DNA of 64,000 nucleotides from Octopus vulgaris (lineage: Eukaryota). The notes under the pieces are model-generated. The model made no database searches. It saw only the letters and a list, made by a program, of their open reading frames with translations, and was not told the origin of the DNA. Numbering within the stretch: position 1 is the stretch's first letter; every line of letters starts with the position of its first letter. The stretch lies in contig OX597814.1 of assembly GCA_951406725.2 (NCBI GenBank), forward strand, positions 130,572,001 to 130,636,000. The letters run 5' to 3'. A program made the position numbers and the translations under genes. Shown in pieces: positions 1 through 11,964 of this stretch.

Positions 1-104
<104 letters not shown>

Positions 105-305
105 CATGCAGCCAACACCAGAGCTGAAGACACCTCCGAAGGGGGGGGCGCCACGTCAAAATGGTAGAGGAGTAGGGGCCGAAACCGGACGTGGTTCCTC
201 CTGATGATGTCTTGAGCTAACTGGATCCTATAAAGGAGCTGTTGTGGTAGCAGACCACGAAACACGGTTGTAATTCCTCCTGTATGTATGTATGTGTGTA
301 TCTAT

Positions 306-621
306 GTGAAGGCGCTTGGCTCAGTTGTTAGAGCGTTGAGCTTACGATCGTGAGGTTGTACGTTCGAATCCTGGACCGGGCTGCTTGTTGTGTTCTTGAG
401 TAAGACACTTTATTTCACGTGGCTCCAGTTCACTCAGCTGTAGAAATGAGTTGCGACGTCACAGGTGCTAAGCTGTATCGGCCTTTGCTTTTCCCTTGGA
501 TAACACCGGTAGCGTGGAGAGGGGAGGCTGGTATGCATGGGTCACTGCTGTTATTCCATAAACAACCTTGCCCGGACTTGTGCCTGGGAGGGTAACTTTC
601 AGTCATGACCGAGGGGAGTCT
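306..621 (+). mobile_element. tRNA-derived SINE, family B
   Basis: A box (TGGCTCAGTTGTT), B box (GTTCGAATCC) and core 'ttcactcagctgtagaaatgagt'; highly similar to 24973-25293. Confidence 0.85.
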
Positions 622-650
622 CAGCATATATATATATATGCTCTTTTGCA

Positions 651-860
651 CTTTTACTGTTTTACTTGTTTCAATCATTTGACTGCGACCATGCTGGATC
701 ACCGCCTTTGAATCAAAGAAATCGACCCCAGGACTTATTCATTGTAAGCCTGGTGCGTATTCTATTAGTCTCTTTTGCCAAACCACTAAGTTATGGGGAC
801 GTACACACAGCAACATCGACTGTCTAGCGATGGGGGTGGGAGAACAAACAGAGTCACAAT
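651..860 (-). mobile_element. SINE family A, 3' half
   Basis: Reverse complement of the family A tail (…gtcgatttc…aaggcggtgatccagcatggtcgcagtcaaatgattgaaacaagtaaaa). Confidence 0.85.
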
Positions 861-879
861 GGCACTCACATAAATAAAT

Positions 880-1195
880 AAATTATACATATTAGTACGC
901 CTTATTTGGATGTCCTTTTTGGGTTTCGTCTACTTTGCTGATAAGACTTGTTAGACATGTCACATCTTCCACACTGTCTAGTGGATTTGTGTTAATAGGG
1001 TATATTCTGGATTGGTGTTCTGTGACATGTGTTTCCGAGATATTGATGTTTAAGGCCTATCTGCTTTGTATAATTGTTCAGCCTATCAATTTTCTCCTTT
1101 ACCTGAACTCTCTTTTAAGTAGAGCTACCAGGTTATTCACTTAAACAAGAAAAATTGTCTACTGGAAGACCTTCGGCTTAGATGGTGTGATCTTT
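880..1195 (-). mobile_element. Penelope-like element 3' remnant with decayed hammerhead
   Basis: Minus translation QVKEKL…IIQSR*ALNINIS resembles a GIY-YIG C-terminus. Downstream (910-960): atgt-CTAACAA-gtct…agac-GAAA-ccc aaaaa gg-acat, a hammerhead skeleton with mutated core and no UH. Confidence 0.5.
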
Positions 1196-1213
1196 AAGAT
1201 ATATATACATAAT

Positions 1214-1352
1214 ATAGGCATGGCTGTGTGGTAAGAAGATTCCCAATCACATGGTCCCTAGTTCAGTCCCACTGCGTTGTACCTTGGGCAAGTGCCATCT
1301 ACTATAGGCTCGAGTGGATTTGGTTGACAGAAACTGAAAGACGCCCGTCATA
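1214..1352 (+). mobile_element. SINE family A, 5' half
   Basis: tggctgtgtggtaag…gttcagtcccactgcg…ccttgggcaagtg…gaaactgaaagacgcccgtc. Confidence 0.85.
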
Positions 1353-1829
1353 TGTATAAGGTATGGCATCGAATACAGGTAAATAGTGAAAATGAGGCAT
1401 GAATATGAGTAATTGGATAGCTTCATTGTCAAACATTGGATAGCTTCAGAAAAACCTCAGCATCTTTTGGCTCAACAAAATGTCAAATGAAGCGCTGGAT
1501 ATCAAAACCGACCGCAATAGTATGGTCTTTGAAAGTTACCACTAAGATGGATACCGTCTAAAATTAAAAGCCTTGGTTACTTAAACTGTTTGATTTGTAA
1601 GTCTTTCTGTCTTGTATCTTACGAAAGTATAAATGATTCCAGACTTTCGTTGCTGTGGTTTACATAGCAACACTCAATCAGTAATTGCTTTTGTCTGTAG
1701 CTACGACAATGGTGGGCGGCTTGATAGAAACAATGCAATTCAAATAAACACGGGCACACACTTAAGACAGTGATGCACTGAGAAGATAATGGCACATGCG
1801 TTATTCCATTTTAATTATTGACGTAAGTT

Positions 1830-2381
1830 TAGCACAATGTCAACAATGTTGAGTGAAGAGGAAACTCGATTACATCGACTCCAGTGCGTTACTGGTACTT
1901 TATTTTATCGACTAGGAAAGGATGAAAGATAAAGTCAACCGCGGCGGAGTTTGAACGCAGAAAGCAAGGAGTCGGAAGAAAGATTGTAAAGTCTTTTGTC
2001 AGACGGGCTAAACATCCTGTCAGCTTTAATATTTATAATTCTTTCAATTGTAAGCTCAAGGCCTGAAATTTTGGGGAGGAGGATAATCGATTACATCGAC
2101 CCTGTGCTCAACTGGTACTTATTTCATCGATCCCGAAAAAATAAAATGCAAAATCGACCTCCACGGAATTTGAACTAAGAATGCAAGGCCTTTAATGTTT
2201 CTATATAATGATTTCAGATTTTCGCAGAAGGCCAGCAATTTCGACTTCAGTGCTTAACTATTACTTATTTTATCAACCACGAAAGGATGAAAGACAATTT
2301 GAACACAGAGCGTTCAAACGGACGAAATGCCGCTAAGCATTTTGCCTGGCGTGGCAACGATTTTGCCAGCTCGCCGCCTTA
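1830..2381 (-). mobile_element. Three head-to-tail copies of SINE family D
   Basis: Recurrent 'cgattacatcgac…ctggtactt…atcga…gaaaggatgaaag…tttgaac' units at ~1830, ~2050 and ~2218; head ggcggcgagctggc on minus ending ~2379. Confidence 0.8.
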
Positions 2382-2605
2382 ATGTTTATATATAATTGAA
2401 GCAGTTTTAGGAGCTAGCCACAGAACATTTTCGTATACAACCAGAAACTACAACGGAATACTTTACTATTGAAACAAATGTTTCAATATTTATGCATTTT
2501 ATCAGGTGTACAAAGTAAAGATAATTTAATTTATATAGGAAAGAAAACTTTGGCGGAGGAAAGACTCAGAAGGAAAACAGCTGGAAAATACAGTTCTATA
2601 TTTAA

Positions 2606-2856
2606 GAGATGTGGAATTATGTGCATTATTTACATTCAACGGATATTTGTCCTCATCTTGTTTGTTGTTAACACAAAATTTCGGCTGATATACCCTCCAG
2701 CTTTCTTCAGGTGTCTTGGGGAAATTTCGAACATGGGTTCTCATTCCTAAGGTATTTTTCGATGTTATTATTATTGTTCAGGTCACTGCTTGGAATCGAA
2801 CTCGGAATCTTGGGGCTAGTAGCTCGCGCTCTTAACCACTGCGCCATATGCCCGTG
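2606..2856 (-). mobile_element. tRNA-headed SINE-like unit with hammerhead-containing tail
   Basis: Minus strand: gggcatatggcgcagtggttaagagcg…gttcgattcc (A/B boxes), linker, then acac-CTGAAGA-aagctgg…tcagcc-GAAA-tttt-gtgt. Confidence 0.75.
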
Positions 2857-3063
2857 TAAATAAAGCTTGAAAATAATTATAAATTTTAATTGAGATGATG
2901 GTTGTGACTATGACTTTTTATATAAGGAAATAAAACTGCAAGAAAAAAATAGAAAAATATTAAATTTTAAATGAGATAATGGCTCTTCCTTCGAAGCTAC
3001 CTCAGTTTGAAGCAAAGAGTCAGCAAAATTTAAATTGTTAATGATGACTGTTAATGATGATCA

Positions 3064-3443
3064 TCATGCTTTTTTCGAGTCGAGTGATACAATGGCAGCC
3101 GAATGAGTGCGTTGCTGCTGACAGTGTTTAAGTTGGTTGATTTTCTTGTTAATTCTTTTTATTTTTCTGATAATTGCTCTCCTATTTCTTGGGATTCTGC
3201 GCTTAGATTTGTATACTGATCTTAATGGAGTATGATTTGTGCATATATTTGTCACATATACAAATGTCTGCCATGATGAGTTGATGTTGGAGGGGGTGTG
3301 CTAGCGTGAAGGCCCAATCAACTTGTGAAAGATCATAATTGATCGCATCACAGTCTATGTTATGAAAATCCATAGGGTCAAATGGAGGGACTGGAGAGAT
3401 GTCACTGGATTTGATCTTTGGGTGGTAGAATCTCAGATCGCAG
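3064..3443 (-). mobile_element. Degenerate LINE ORF2 fragment (endonuclease-RT linker, CR1/L2-like)
   Basis: DFHNIDCDAINYDLSQVDW…(frameshift)…PLRSVYKSKRRIPRNRRAIIRKIKRINKK, typical of the post-endonuclease linker. Confidence 0.55.
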
Positions 3444-3720
3444 AGAACTAACAAAATTAGATTGTTGCAATAAGAATATAAGCTATAAAATATACAATAC
3501 TATAAGAATTATTATTGTGGTTATTAAATTTAGTTAGTATCATTCTTATTTTTATTATCATCAATTTAATAATAAATTAAATGAATGTATTTCGAAATAT
3601 AATTATTTAGTATAATGGAGATATCTTATTTGTGATTTATAATTAATATTAAATTACTACTATAATGAAGTATTTTACAGTAAATACAAGTATTTGCACT
3701 AGAAAGATTCAAAACTTTTT
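3444..3720. repeat. Left arm of ~280-bp AT-rich inverted repeat (partner 5066-5364)
   Basis: Reverse complement aligns along its length with 5066-5364 (…ttttgaatctttcta…aaatcacaaat…ttgcaacaatctaattttgttagttct). Confidence 0.9.
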
Positions 3721-4122
3721 CTTTTTATAGGACTTCTGGATAATACCTTCCTTGTTGACTACTGCTCTCTCTGATGCTGTGTTTGACTTCCTGTTCCAGG
3801 CATGGAAGTTACATGAGTAATCATCTTTGCCAAAATAGGCCTACACCTCTTCACAGGTTATTTCAATACTGGTGATCAAGTACTTGTCTCCGCTTTTCGG
3901 GTCCGTCACCTCCACGTTGGACATGCTGTGTAAAGGCACTCCCTGTTCACTAGACTTGAATTGTACGTCAGTGGCACCCTTCACATGACAGCTGACCAGC
4001 GCCGGCTTGTACCTCAGCATATAGACATCATCCGGCTGTTTGATAAAGACAGGCAGGTCACTGGCTGTGCGGGTTCCAGCTCCTGTGTTGCTGCCACCGC
4101 CGCCTGTTCCAATGGCAGCCAT
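3713..4122 (-). pseudogene. UNC5: UNC-5 netrin receptor first Ig-domain fragment, disrupted
   Basis: LPVFIKQPDDVYMLRYKPALVSCHVKGATDVQFKS…ITSIEITCEEV*AYFGKDDYSCNFHAWN…GIIQKSYKKKKF matches UNC5 Ig1 (LPHF..EP.DAYIVKNKPV.L.C…IYFKC…VEE.FG.EDYWC.C.AW…IAYLRK.F). In-frame TAG at 3841-3843 and two conserved Cys lost. Confidence 0.85.
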
Positions 4123-4165
4123 TGGAATGAAAACACCTTAGAAGGTGGCCGCATGTACCTGGATA

Positions 4166-4240
<75 letters not shown>

Positions 4241-4265
4241 ATGTATATATATATATGTGTGTGTG

Positions 4266-4295
<30 letters not shown>

Positions 4296-4298
<3 letters not shown>

Positions 4299-4711
4299 GA
4301 GTGGTTGTGTGGTAAGAATCTTGCTAAGGAACCACATGGTTGCGGTTTCAGTCCCACTATGTGGCACCTTGGGTAAGTGTCTTCTACTATAGCTTCGGGC
4401 CGGCCAAAGCCTTGTGAGTGGATTTGGTAGACGGAAACTGAAAGAAGCCCGTCGTATATATGTATATATATATATATATAAGTATGTATATGTGTGTATA
4501 TGTTTGTGAGTCTATGTTTGTCCCCCAACATCGCTTGACAACCGATGGTGGATTGTTTATATCCCCGTAACTTAGCGGTTTGGCAAAAGAGACCGATAGA
4601 ATAAGTACTAGGCTTACAAAGAATATGTCCTGGGGTCGATTTGCTCGACTAAAGGCGGTGCTCCAGCACGGCTACAGTCACATGACTGAAACAAGTAAAA
4701 TAGTAAAAGAG
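4296..4711 (+). mobile_element. SINE family A, full length with internal (TA/TG)n
   Basis: Head ggagtggttgtgtggtaag, CORE-like ccttgggtaagtg, internal microsatellite and tail ggcggtgctccagcacggc…gaaacaagtaaaa. Confidence 0.9.
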
Positions 4712-4719
4712 AGTATAGA

Positions 4720-4784
<65 letters not shown>

Positions 4785-5065
4785 TATGTGAATATATGTC
4801 TATGTATATATATGTATATATGTATGAATGTCTATATATATATGTATGAGTGTATATATTTGTATGCATAGTTATGTATGTGTATGAGTGTATATATATA
4901 TATATATTTATATATGTGCGTGTATGTATGTGTATATGTATGTAACTGAGTATATATGTGTGTGTGTATGTATATGTATATATATATCTTTAAGGTTTGT
5001 CATCTCAATATATATAAGAATCTAGAATTTGGAAAATTTATTTTTTCGTGGATTAATACAAAATA

Positions 5066-5364
5066 TTTTGAATCTTTCTAATGCAAATATTTGTATTTAC
5101 TGTAAAATACATTATTATATTACTAATTTAATATTAATTATAAATCACAAATATAATATCTCCATTATACTAAATAATTATATTTAGAAATATATTCATT
5201 TAATTGATTAATTAATTGATGATAATAATAAAAATAAGAATGATAATAATTAATGGTTTTATTTGACTTCCTAACTAAACATAATAACCACAATAATAAA
5301 TCTTATAGTATTGTATAGTTTGTAGCTTGTATTCATATTGCAACAATCTAATTTTGTTAGTTCT
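5066..5364. repeat. Right arm of inverted repeat (partner 3444-3720)
   Basis: See left arm; this arm has a short extra insertion near 5245-5270. Confidence 0.9.
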
Positions 5365-5770
5365 GAAAGAATTAATAAAATTTGGATATATAATGTTTAT
5401 AGTCCTTTATCTAAAAAACAATATTGAAAATATTTATCGTAGATCGGTTCTCAATACTTATGTTTTTGTTTATCTTACTTTATTTTATTTACTGAGTTCT
5501 CCCGTCCATAATATACGTAAATAAGGACATTTACTTGTTAGTTACTGCGAATAATCCTTATTTAAGTCACTTCAAATTTGGTTACGTCTGGAAAGCTCTG
5601 TAATATTTTGATATCCATTGTTATAGTTTAGCCCTATGGGGTAATATAGGTTGTAGTTATCGTAGCTTTAAGTTTCTCTTCATATTTTTTACAGAATTCT
5701 CCCTCCGATACACTACGTAAATAAAGAACATTTTTTTTTTTTTGCTAGTAACTCTAAACAATCTTTATAA

Positions 5771-6895
5771 TATGGAAAAATGCAAGCAAGATAAATAATA
5801 TTCTTAAGATTATAAACCTGGAAAAGTTCAGGACAAGTTATTACATCTAGTAAAGTACAGAACAAGAAAATTTTTACTTAAAATATTGCAGCTAAGGATA
5901 AAATTTCAAATAAAATATTCAGATGTAGAAAATATTACCTTTTATTAAAACTAAAAGTTTTATTACAAGTTATTACTCTTATTTGTTACTTCTATTAAAA
6001 ATTTTAAATCACTCAAAATATTTTTTGCACTTTAAGAAAATTCGTTTTTTAATTATTAACTAATAATTAGAAATTTGAAAACAGGTTATAAAATAAATAA
6101 CTGTTTGTCCCTTCTCGAGCCATGCCTGGCTCATAAGGGCCGGTTTCCTGGTTTCCTTGGTGCATATGTTCCACACCCGGACGGGACGCCGATCCGTCAC
6201 AGGTGAGCTGCAAGAGGAAAGAGTGAGAGAAAGTTGTGGCGAAAGAGTCAGCAGAAGTTCGTCATTACCTTCTGCCGGAGCCGCATGGAGCTTGGGTGTT
6301 TCGCTCATAATTACACACATCGCCCGGTCTGAGATTCGGACCCGCAATCTCTACGACCGCTAGTCCGCTGCTCTAACTACTAGGCCATGTGCCTCCACAT
6401 AAAAAAAATGATAGTAGTATATAATTAGTTCAGTAAATAGAACAATACAAAAATTAGTTATATAATACAGTAAAATCTACCTATTGCAACAAATTCACAG
6501 TAAAGTTACTGCAAAGTCTTCTAATTTTTAGTCTTGCTCAATGCCTATTTTTTGTATAATGAATTTTCTTACCATATATACTATTCTACTTTGCATAAAA
6601 CTTTAGCTATATTTGTAGTTCTGGCTCTCATATTTAAATATTCTAGTGTATTAATATTTTAAGAAAATGATGGTGTCGTTTTAATTATAATGTTACTTTG
6701 TAAATTAAAATCAAATAATTTTTAATATTCAAATTCTATCCTTAACTGCAATATTTTAAATAAAAATTGTCTTGTTCTGTACTTTACCAGATGTAATGAG
6801 TTGTCCTGAACTTTTCGAAGTGCAATAACTTGTCTTATAAATTTCCAGGTTTATAATCTTAAGAATATTATTTCTCTTGCTCGCATTTTTCCATG
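5771..6895. repeat. Second inverted repeat pair (arms ~5771-5915 and ~6725-6895)
   Basis: atggaaaaatgcaagcaagataaataatattcttaagattataaacctggaaa… versus …tttccaggtttataatcttaagaatattatttctcttgctcgcatttttccat; the right arm has an ~25-nt insertion. Confidence 0.85.
6103..6398 (-). mobile_element. tRNA-derived SINE, family C
   Basis: Minus gtggaggcacatggcctagtagttagagcagcggac…ggaaaccggcccttatgagccaggcatggctcgagaagggacaaac; matches the copies at 52213 and 57976. Confidence 0.9.
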
Positions 6896-8182
6896 TAATC
6901 CATGTTTTTTTCCAGGCCATGCTATTATGCTAATTAATAATGTTTCAAATATGTCAATTCGTCGTTGATAATTTTTTTCTTACCTCAATGACGTCAGCGA
7001 CATATATTAAAACTCCCCTTGTAGAATTATATTCATAAAAAGTATAGAACTGCATTATAACGCTCAAATTCGGGAAACAAACACTCATAACTTTTTTCTA
7101 TTCAAATTTCATTGCATGAGATTGATACCATGAAATTCCTCGAATTGAACTCTTTCATTTAAGCTTAATTAAAATATGATTTGATTTTAAAATAAGAAAG
7201 ATAATTATACTTAAATCCAATTTTTTGCCTTATATTTTTTTCATATTTTACCTCACAACTTTTTTTATACAAATTCTTGTTGCAATGGAATAAACTAGGA
7301 AATCCTTCATGTTTTCTTCTGTCATTAAAGCTAAGATAAATATATTTTGCTTTTAAAATAAAGATAAATATATATAAAGATAAATATATAATTGCTTTTA
7401 AAACTTGATTGGTGGTGTTACTTACTCCCCTAAAACATTGCAACAAATTTTCATATATAATTTTTTCTACTGGATCAAATCCCGATTTATAATGCCAAAA
7501 TGTAGCTAGGGAACAGTCCTCTTCAAAAATGTTAACAGTTTTCAATTTGGTTAAGAACTGAGTTAGTGACAAGCTCTGAAAGATGCTGCGTGTGAGTAAA
7601 TTGCGGCATTAAGAATATTATTTAACTACTACCATAGTTGAATGATGTCAATAACTTTAAATAAAAGAGATTTCTTATATATTATTATTTTATTAATATA
7701 ATACTATATTACAATTTATATAATTTTTCTTTGTGTAATTAAAAATAAATGAAAAGCATTGCATATAAATAAATCATTATTTATAATACTAGAAGTAGGT
7801 TTTTTTCGAACATGTATAGGAACAGTTAGAGAATGAATATTTATTTACACGCTTTATTACCGTCTCTAGATTAAGTAAGACTCTGATACATAATTCCTTT
7901 ATATACATATATATTATTGTTGCATGTTATTAAAATAGCCAAAGATTGTTTTCGACCAAAACGAATTTGGATTAATATTACTTGAGATATAGAAATATAT
8001 TTCGATAGTTGTAGATTCTATTTCCTTAATTATTTTGTCCGTTATCATTTTGTTGTTTCTTTAATTGTATTTGCTATATAGTTGAAAAGTTCATTCTCAC
8101 ACTCCTAAACATAGGTATTTGAATGAATGTTTTGCAATCTCGCCGTCCTTTCATACGGAATTTCGTCTAGTTTTTTAACTAA

Positions 8183-8263
8183 AGCCCTGAAGAGACTAAT
8201 ATAAATGGATATAAAATGATCATCAATCAACTAATGTATATAAATCGAAACAAACTTTTAGCT
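8183..8263 (+). ncRNA. Decayed hammerhead ribozyme motif with long stem II
   Basis: CTGAAGA (8187) then gactaatataaat…atgtatataaatc (10/13 pairs), then GAAA (8247); stems I and III are poor. Confidence 0.4.
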
Positions 8264-8478
8264 GTTTTGTTTTTTTCAATAATTTTTGTCATCTTATATT
8301 ATATTATATTCATTGTACATTACATACATATCCACACATAATACATACACACACATACATACAAACAAATACATACACACACACATACATACACATACAC
8401 ACATACATACGTGCACACACATACATATACACACATACATACACATATAAAAATACATACATATACACACTTTTGAGT

Positions 8479-8542
8479 GCTACTGGTAACATGTAACCCA
8501 GTACAACTTGTTGCATAGTCGGGTCGTCGGCGACTAAACAGG
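8479..8542 (+). ncRNA. HDV-like ribozyme candidate at RTE 5' end
   Basis: P2 ccagt/acagg (one mismatch), GG, short P4 hairpin (tcg-tcgg-cga), J4/2 CTAA; P1 gctac/tagt imperfect; P3/L3 degenerate. Confidence 0.45.
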
Positions 8543-9014
8543 CAACCCCACCAAGCTTGCTTGGTGAGAAGGGTGTTTATTGGACACCCTGCGGGGTGAA
8601 AAACAAAACCCGTCATTGGGCGGAGGAACTCTTGAGAGTCAACGGCCATCCAATAAATGTCTTAAGGCTGTATCATGCGTGGGGACATAGAAATAATCGG
8701 ACTGAATACCCGATCGCACGGTTAAACCATTGGAAGTGAAGGACTCCTAGCCTTTGTTAGGGCATCCTTCTAGGAGAAACTAACTCAGGTAACTGGGATA
8801 ACTCTGACATAAAACCTGCGGCTCAGTGGTTACCGATGATGTTGACTTGTTCTTCTTTTCGGATTATGGCTGCTGTTGCTTAGTGAGTGGGATTGACTCA
8901 GTGCACAGCCTTTCCTCACTTTAAAAAAAATCTTCTTGCACAGGCATTGCACGATAACAACATTGATTAAGCTTCGTGCAATGGCCATACTCGATAACGA
9001 GGGGGCAGCCACCA
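8479..9014 (+). mobile_element. Non-autonomous RTE-derived element (RTE 5'UTR plus 3' tail)
   Basis: GC-richer island with RTE 5'UTR motif gggcatccttctaggagaa…aactctgacataaaacc; ends …gagggggcagccacca followed by (TGTA)n; no ORF. Confidence 0.6.
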
Positions 9015-9325
9015 TGTGTGTATGTATGTGTATGTATATATGTATGTACGTGTGTATGTATGAGTGTGAGTAGGTATGTGTATGCATGTGTGTATATGTA
9101 TGCATGCATGTATATTGAACCACCTCTAGCATTTGCATTTCATGCATATACACTTTACACCTTAAACGTCACACATAAGTGTTTCCCTCACACAATCTCA
9201 TATTAAAAACAATCTCAGACGCCATCATTCAATGACTCCAATTTCATTTCGCTCTTCTAGAGGCTTACTGCATACCAGATTTTAGTCACACGTACTCATT
9301 CGTTAACACAAAGCTATCATAAGCG

Positions 9326-9737
9326 TAGGAGTGGATGTATGGTAAGTAGCTTGCTTACGAACCACATGGTCATGGGTTCAGTTCCACTGCGTGGCACCTT
9401 GGGCAAGTGTCTTCTACTATAGCCTCGGGCCGACCAAAGCCTTGTGAGTGGATTTGGTAGATGGAAACTGAAAGAAGCCCGTCGTATATATGTATATATA
9501 TATAGATATGTATGTGTGTGTGTATGTTTGTGTTTGTCCCCCCACTATCGCTTGACAAACCGATGCTGGTGTGTTTATGTCCCCGTAACTTAGCGGTTCT
9601 GCAAAAGAGACCGATAGAATAAGCACTATGCTTACAAAGAATAAGTTCTGGGATCGATTTGTTCGACTAAAGGCGGTGCTCCAGTATGGCCACAGTCAAA
9701 CAACTGAAACAAATAAAAGAATAAAAGAATAAAAGAA
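9326..9737 (+). mobile_element. SINE family A, full length
   Basis: Same head, internal microsatellite and tail as 4296; (AATAAAAG)n end. Confidence 0.9.
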
Positions 9738-10489
9738 ATCATTTGTTAAATGTACAGAACATAAGAACTGAACCTGGAACCACAGTGTTTCAAAGCGAAC
9801 ATTATAACCACACAGACATGCTTGTACCATGCATATACTTACATATGTGCGCATATCGTTGCGCATTTACACATCCATATACAATCTCATATTAGCATTA
9901 ATATCTTTCAACTTGTTCTCAAATATAGTGTGCAAAAGGTATATACGATATATTTGTTTATGTCGTTTCTTTTCCTTTAATATATTTCGTTATTTACTTT
10001 GGTCATTCAATTTATAATATATCAATTTCCTTTTAAGTTAGAGTTACACTGCTTTATTTCCAGGCTCTTTGTAAATATCGATTTTCGTATCTACATTATA
10101 TTATATATTTATAGCAACATCAAATGAAACGAAATTTTTCAGCTGATAGAAACTATGAAGATTGCGAATAGCTACTTCGTAGCAGGTGATTCCGTACAGA
10201 ATATGTGTTGATTTTTACATAAAGGATGACGATAGCTATGACAATGATGTTGATAATAAATACCGCTCTCTTTTATTGCCACAGGGGCGATGAAATGAGA
10301 GACATTACTACAAGGAAAAGTTACAAAACGGCGAGGGCTTTACGTTGTGTTTCATACAGAACAATAAATGGCAGCAATGAAAGAAGTTATATATAGTTTT
10401 GCAGCTATATATATATATATACATACACAACATACGCGCACACACACACACATATCTGAATTTATACATCTGTATTTCTCTCTCTTTCT

Positions 10490-10668
<179 letters not shown>

Positions 10669-10727
10669 TGTTTGACTTTTTACGTGTTTCAGTCATTAGA
10701 CAGTGGCTATTTTGGGGCGCCGCCTTG

Positions 10728-11746
10728 AAGGAATCTATCTCACCTCTGATGATTCGCAGAAATGAAATTAATTGAGCTTTGCTGCTGATGTCTGTACTTC
10801 CATCGATTTGTAAGGCCCACAATTTTTTGAGTTCATCTTTTGCTTCACTGAAATGTTCGCGGAGCTGATCATTAATGTCTCGCGAAATGTCTTGAATTTT
10901 ACAAGAGATCGCGTGGGCAGACAAAGGAATGGCCTTAATTTGTTTAACGGCTTCATCACTAAACATTGTGCCAACGGCGATCTCCAAGGCTACTAATGTT
11001 TCCGGCATCAGAATGTGTTTTTTTTCCTTCTTTGCCAAAAGCTAGGCAAACTTGTAACTAGCGATTTGAGCTTTCTCGGGAAGTCAGTAAAATTTCGTCA
11101 GCCTTTTTCGTTGAATTTTAAAAGTATTTTTTAGCATCTCAAAGTGTTTTTTTTAGCTTGTCCTTATGTTGCGTATGATTTGTTATTAGATGACGTTGAA
11201 GTTTACAGGGAACCATCGCTTCATTTGAGAGTGTTGTTAAACAAATCATACAAAAAGGAACCGAGTTGTGTTTTTCCGATAATATAAAACCACATTGAAT
11301 GTAATTTTCACTATATTTTCGTTTTGATGAGGTGGACTTTTTATTCTGTTTTTCGTCTTGTTTGCTATGACTATCTTTCTCATTTTTCTGAGGTCTCAAA
11401 AAAACTTTGTCCATGTTTAAATCTAAAACTAAAAATCGATTAAAATTTGCATAAAATAAGTATGTAAATTATGAATAAATCGAAAATTAAAACTATACTA
11501 AGACTACTAAACGATTTACTTACAGACAATCCCGGTTTAAATGCAAAACTGCTGTTCGTCATGTAATGTAATTAATTTATATTTACCGTATTTTACGATT
11601 CATATAAATAATTTATATTTACGCTCAAACTTTGCGAATGTTCTTGGATCGTTGTTTTCCAAAGATCCCCAAAATATCTTTCGCGGTACTCCAGGAATCT
11701 ATCACGGCACACCTCTGTGCCGCAACACACTGTTTGGCAGTCACTG
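10728..11746 (-). mobile_element. hAT Buster/Charlie-type transposon, 5' part, defective
   Basis: TIR cagtgactgccaaacagtgtgttgcggcaca; BED finger KRKYSENYIQCGF…PFCMICLTTLSNEAMVPCKLQRHLITNH; AKKEKKH…IPLS…LQIDGSTDIS; frameshifts. Confidence 0.9.
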
Positions 11747-11964
11747 CTATAGATAGACAGGCAGACAAATAGATACACACATACACACTCACGCACAGAG
11801 AGAGAAAGAGAAAGAGAGAGGGGGGAGGGGGAGGGGGGAGAGAGAGAGGGGAGAGAGAGGGAGAGGCGAGTATGCGGATAAACAACTTAGATTTAATGAA
11901 ATATAGCAATTTGGGTATGAAACACAAGTATATATGTAATTATGCAAAACGAGAGAAAGCGATA

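Noticed and set aside
2780-2856. Genuine tRNA gene
   Set aside because: No full acceptor stem or oligo-T terminator; better explained as a SINE head, as are the other tRNA-like heads.
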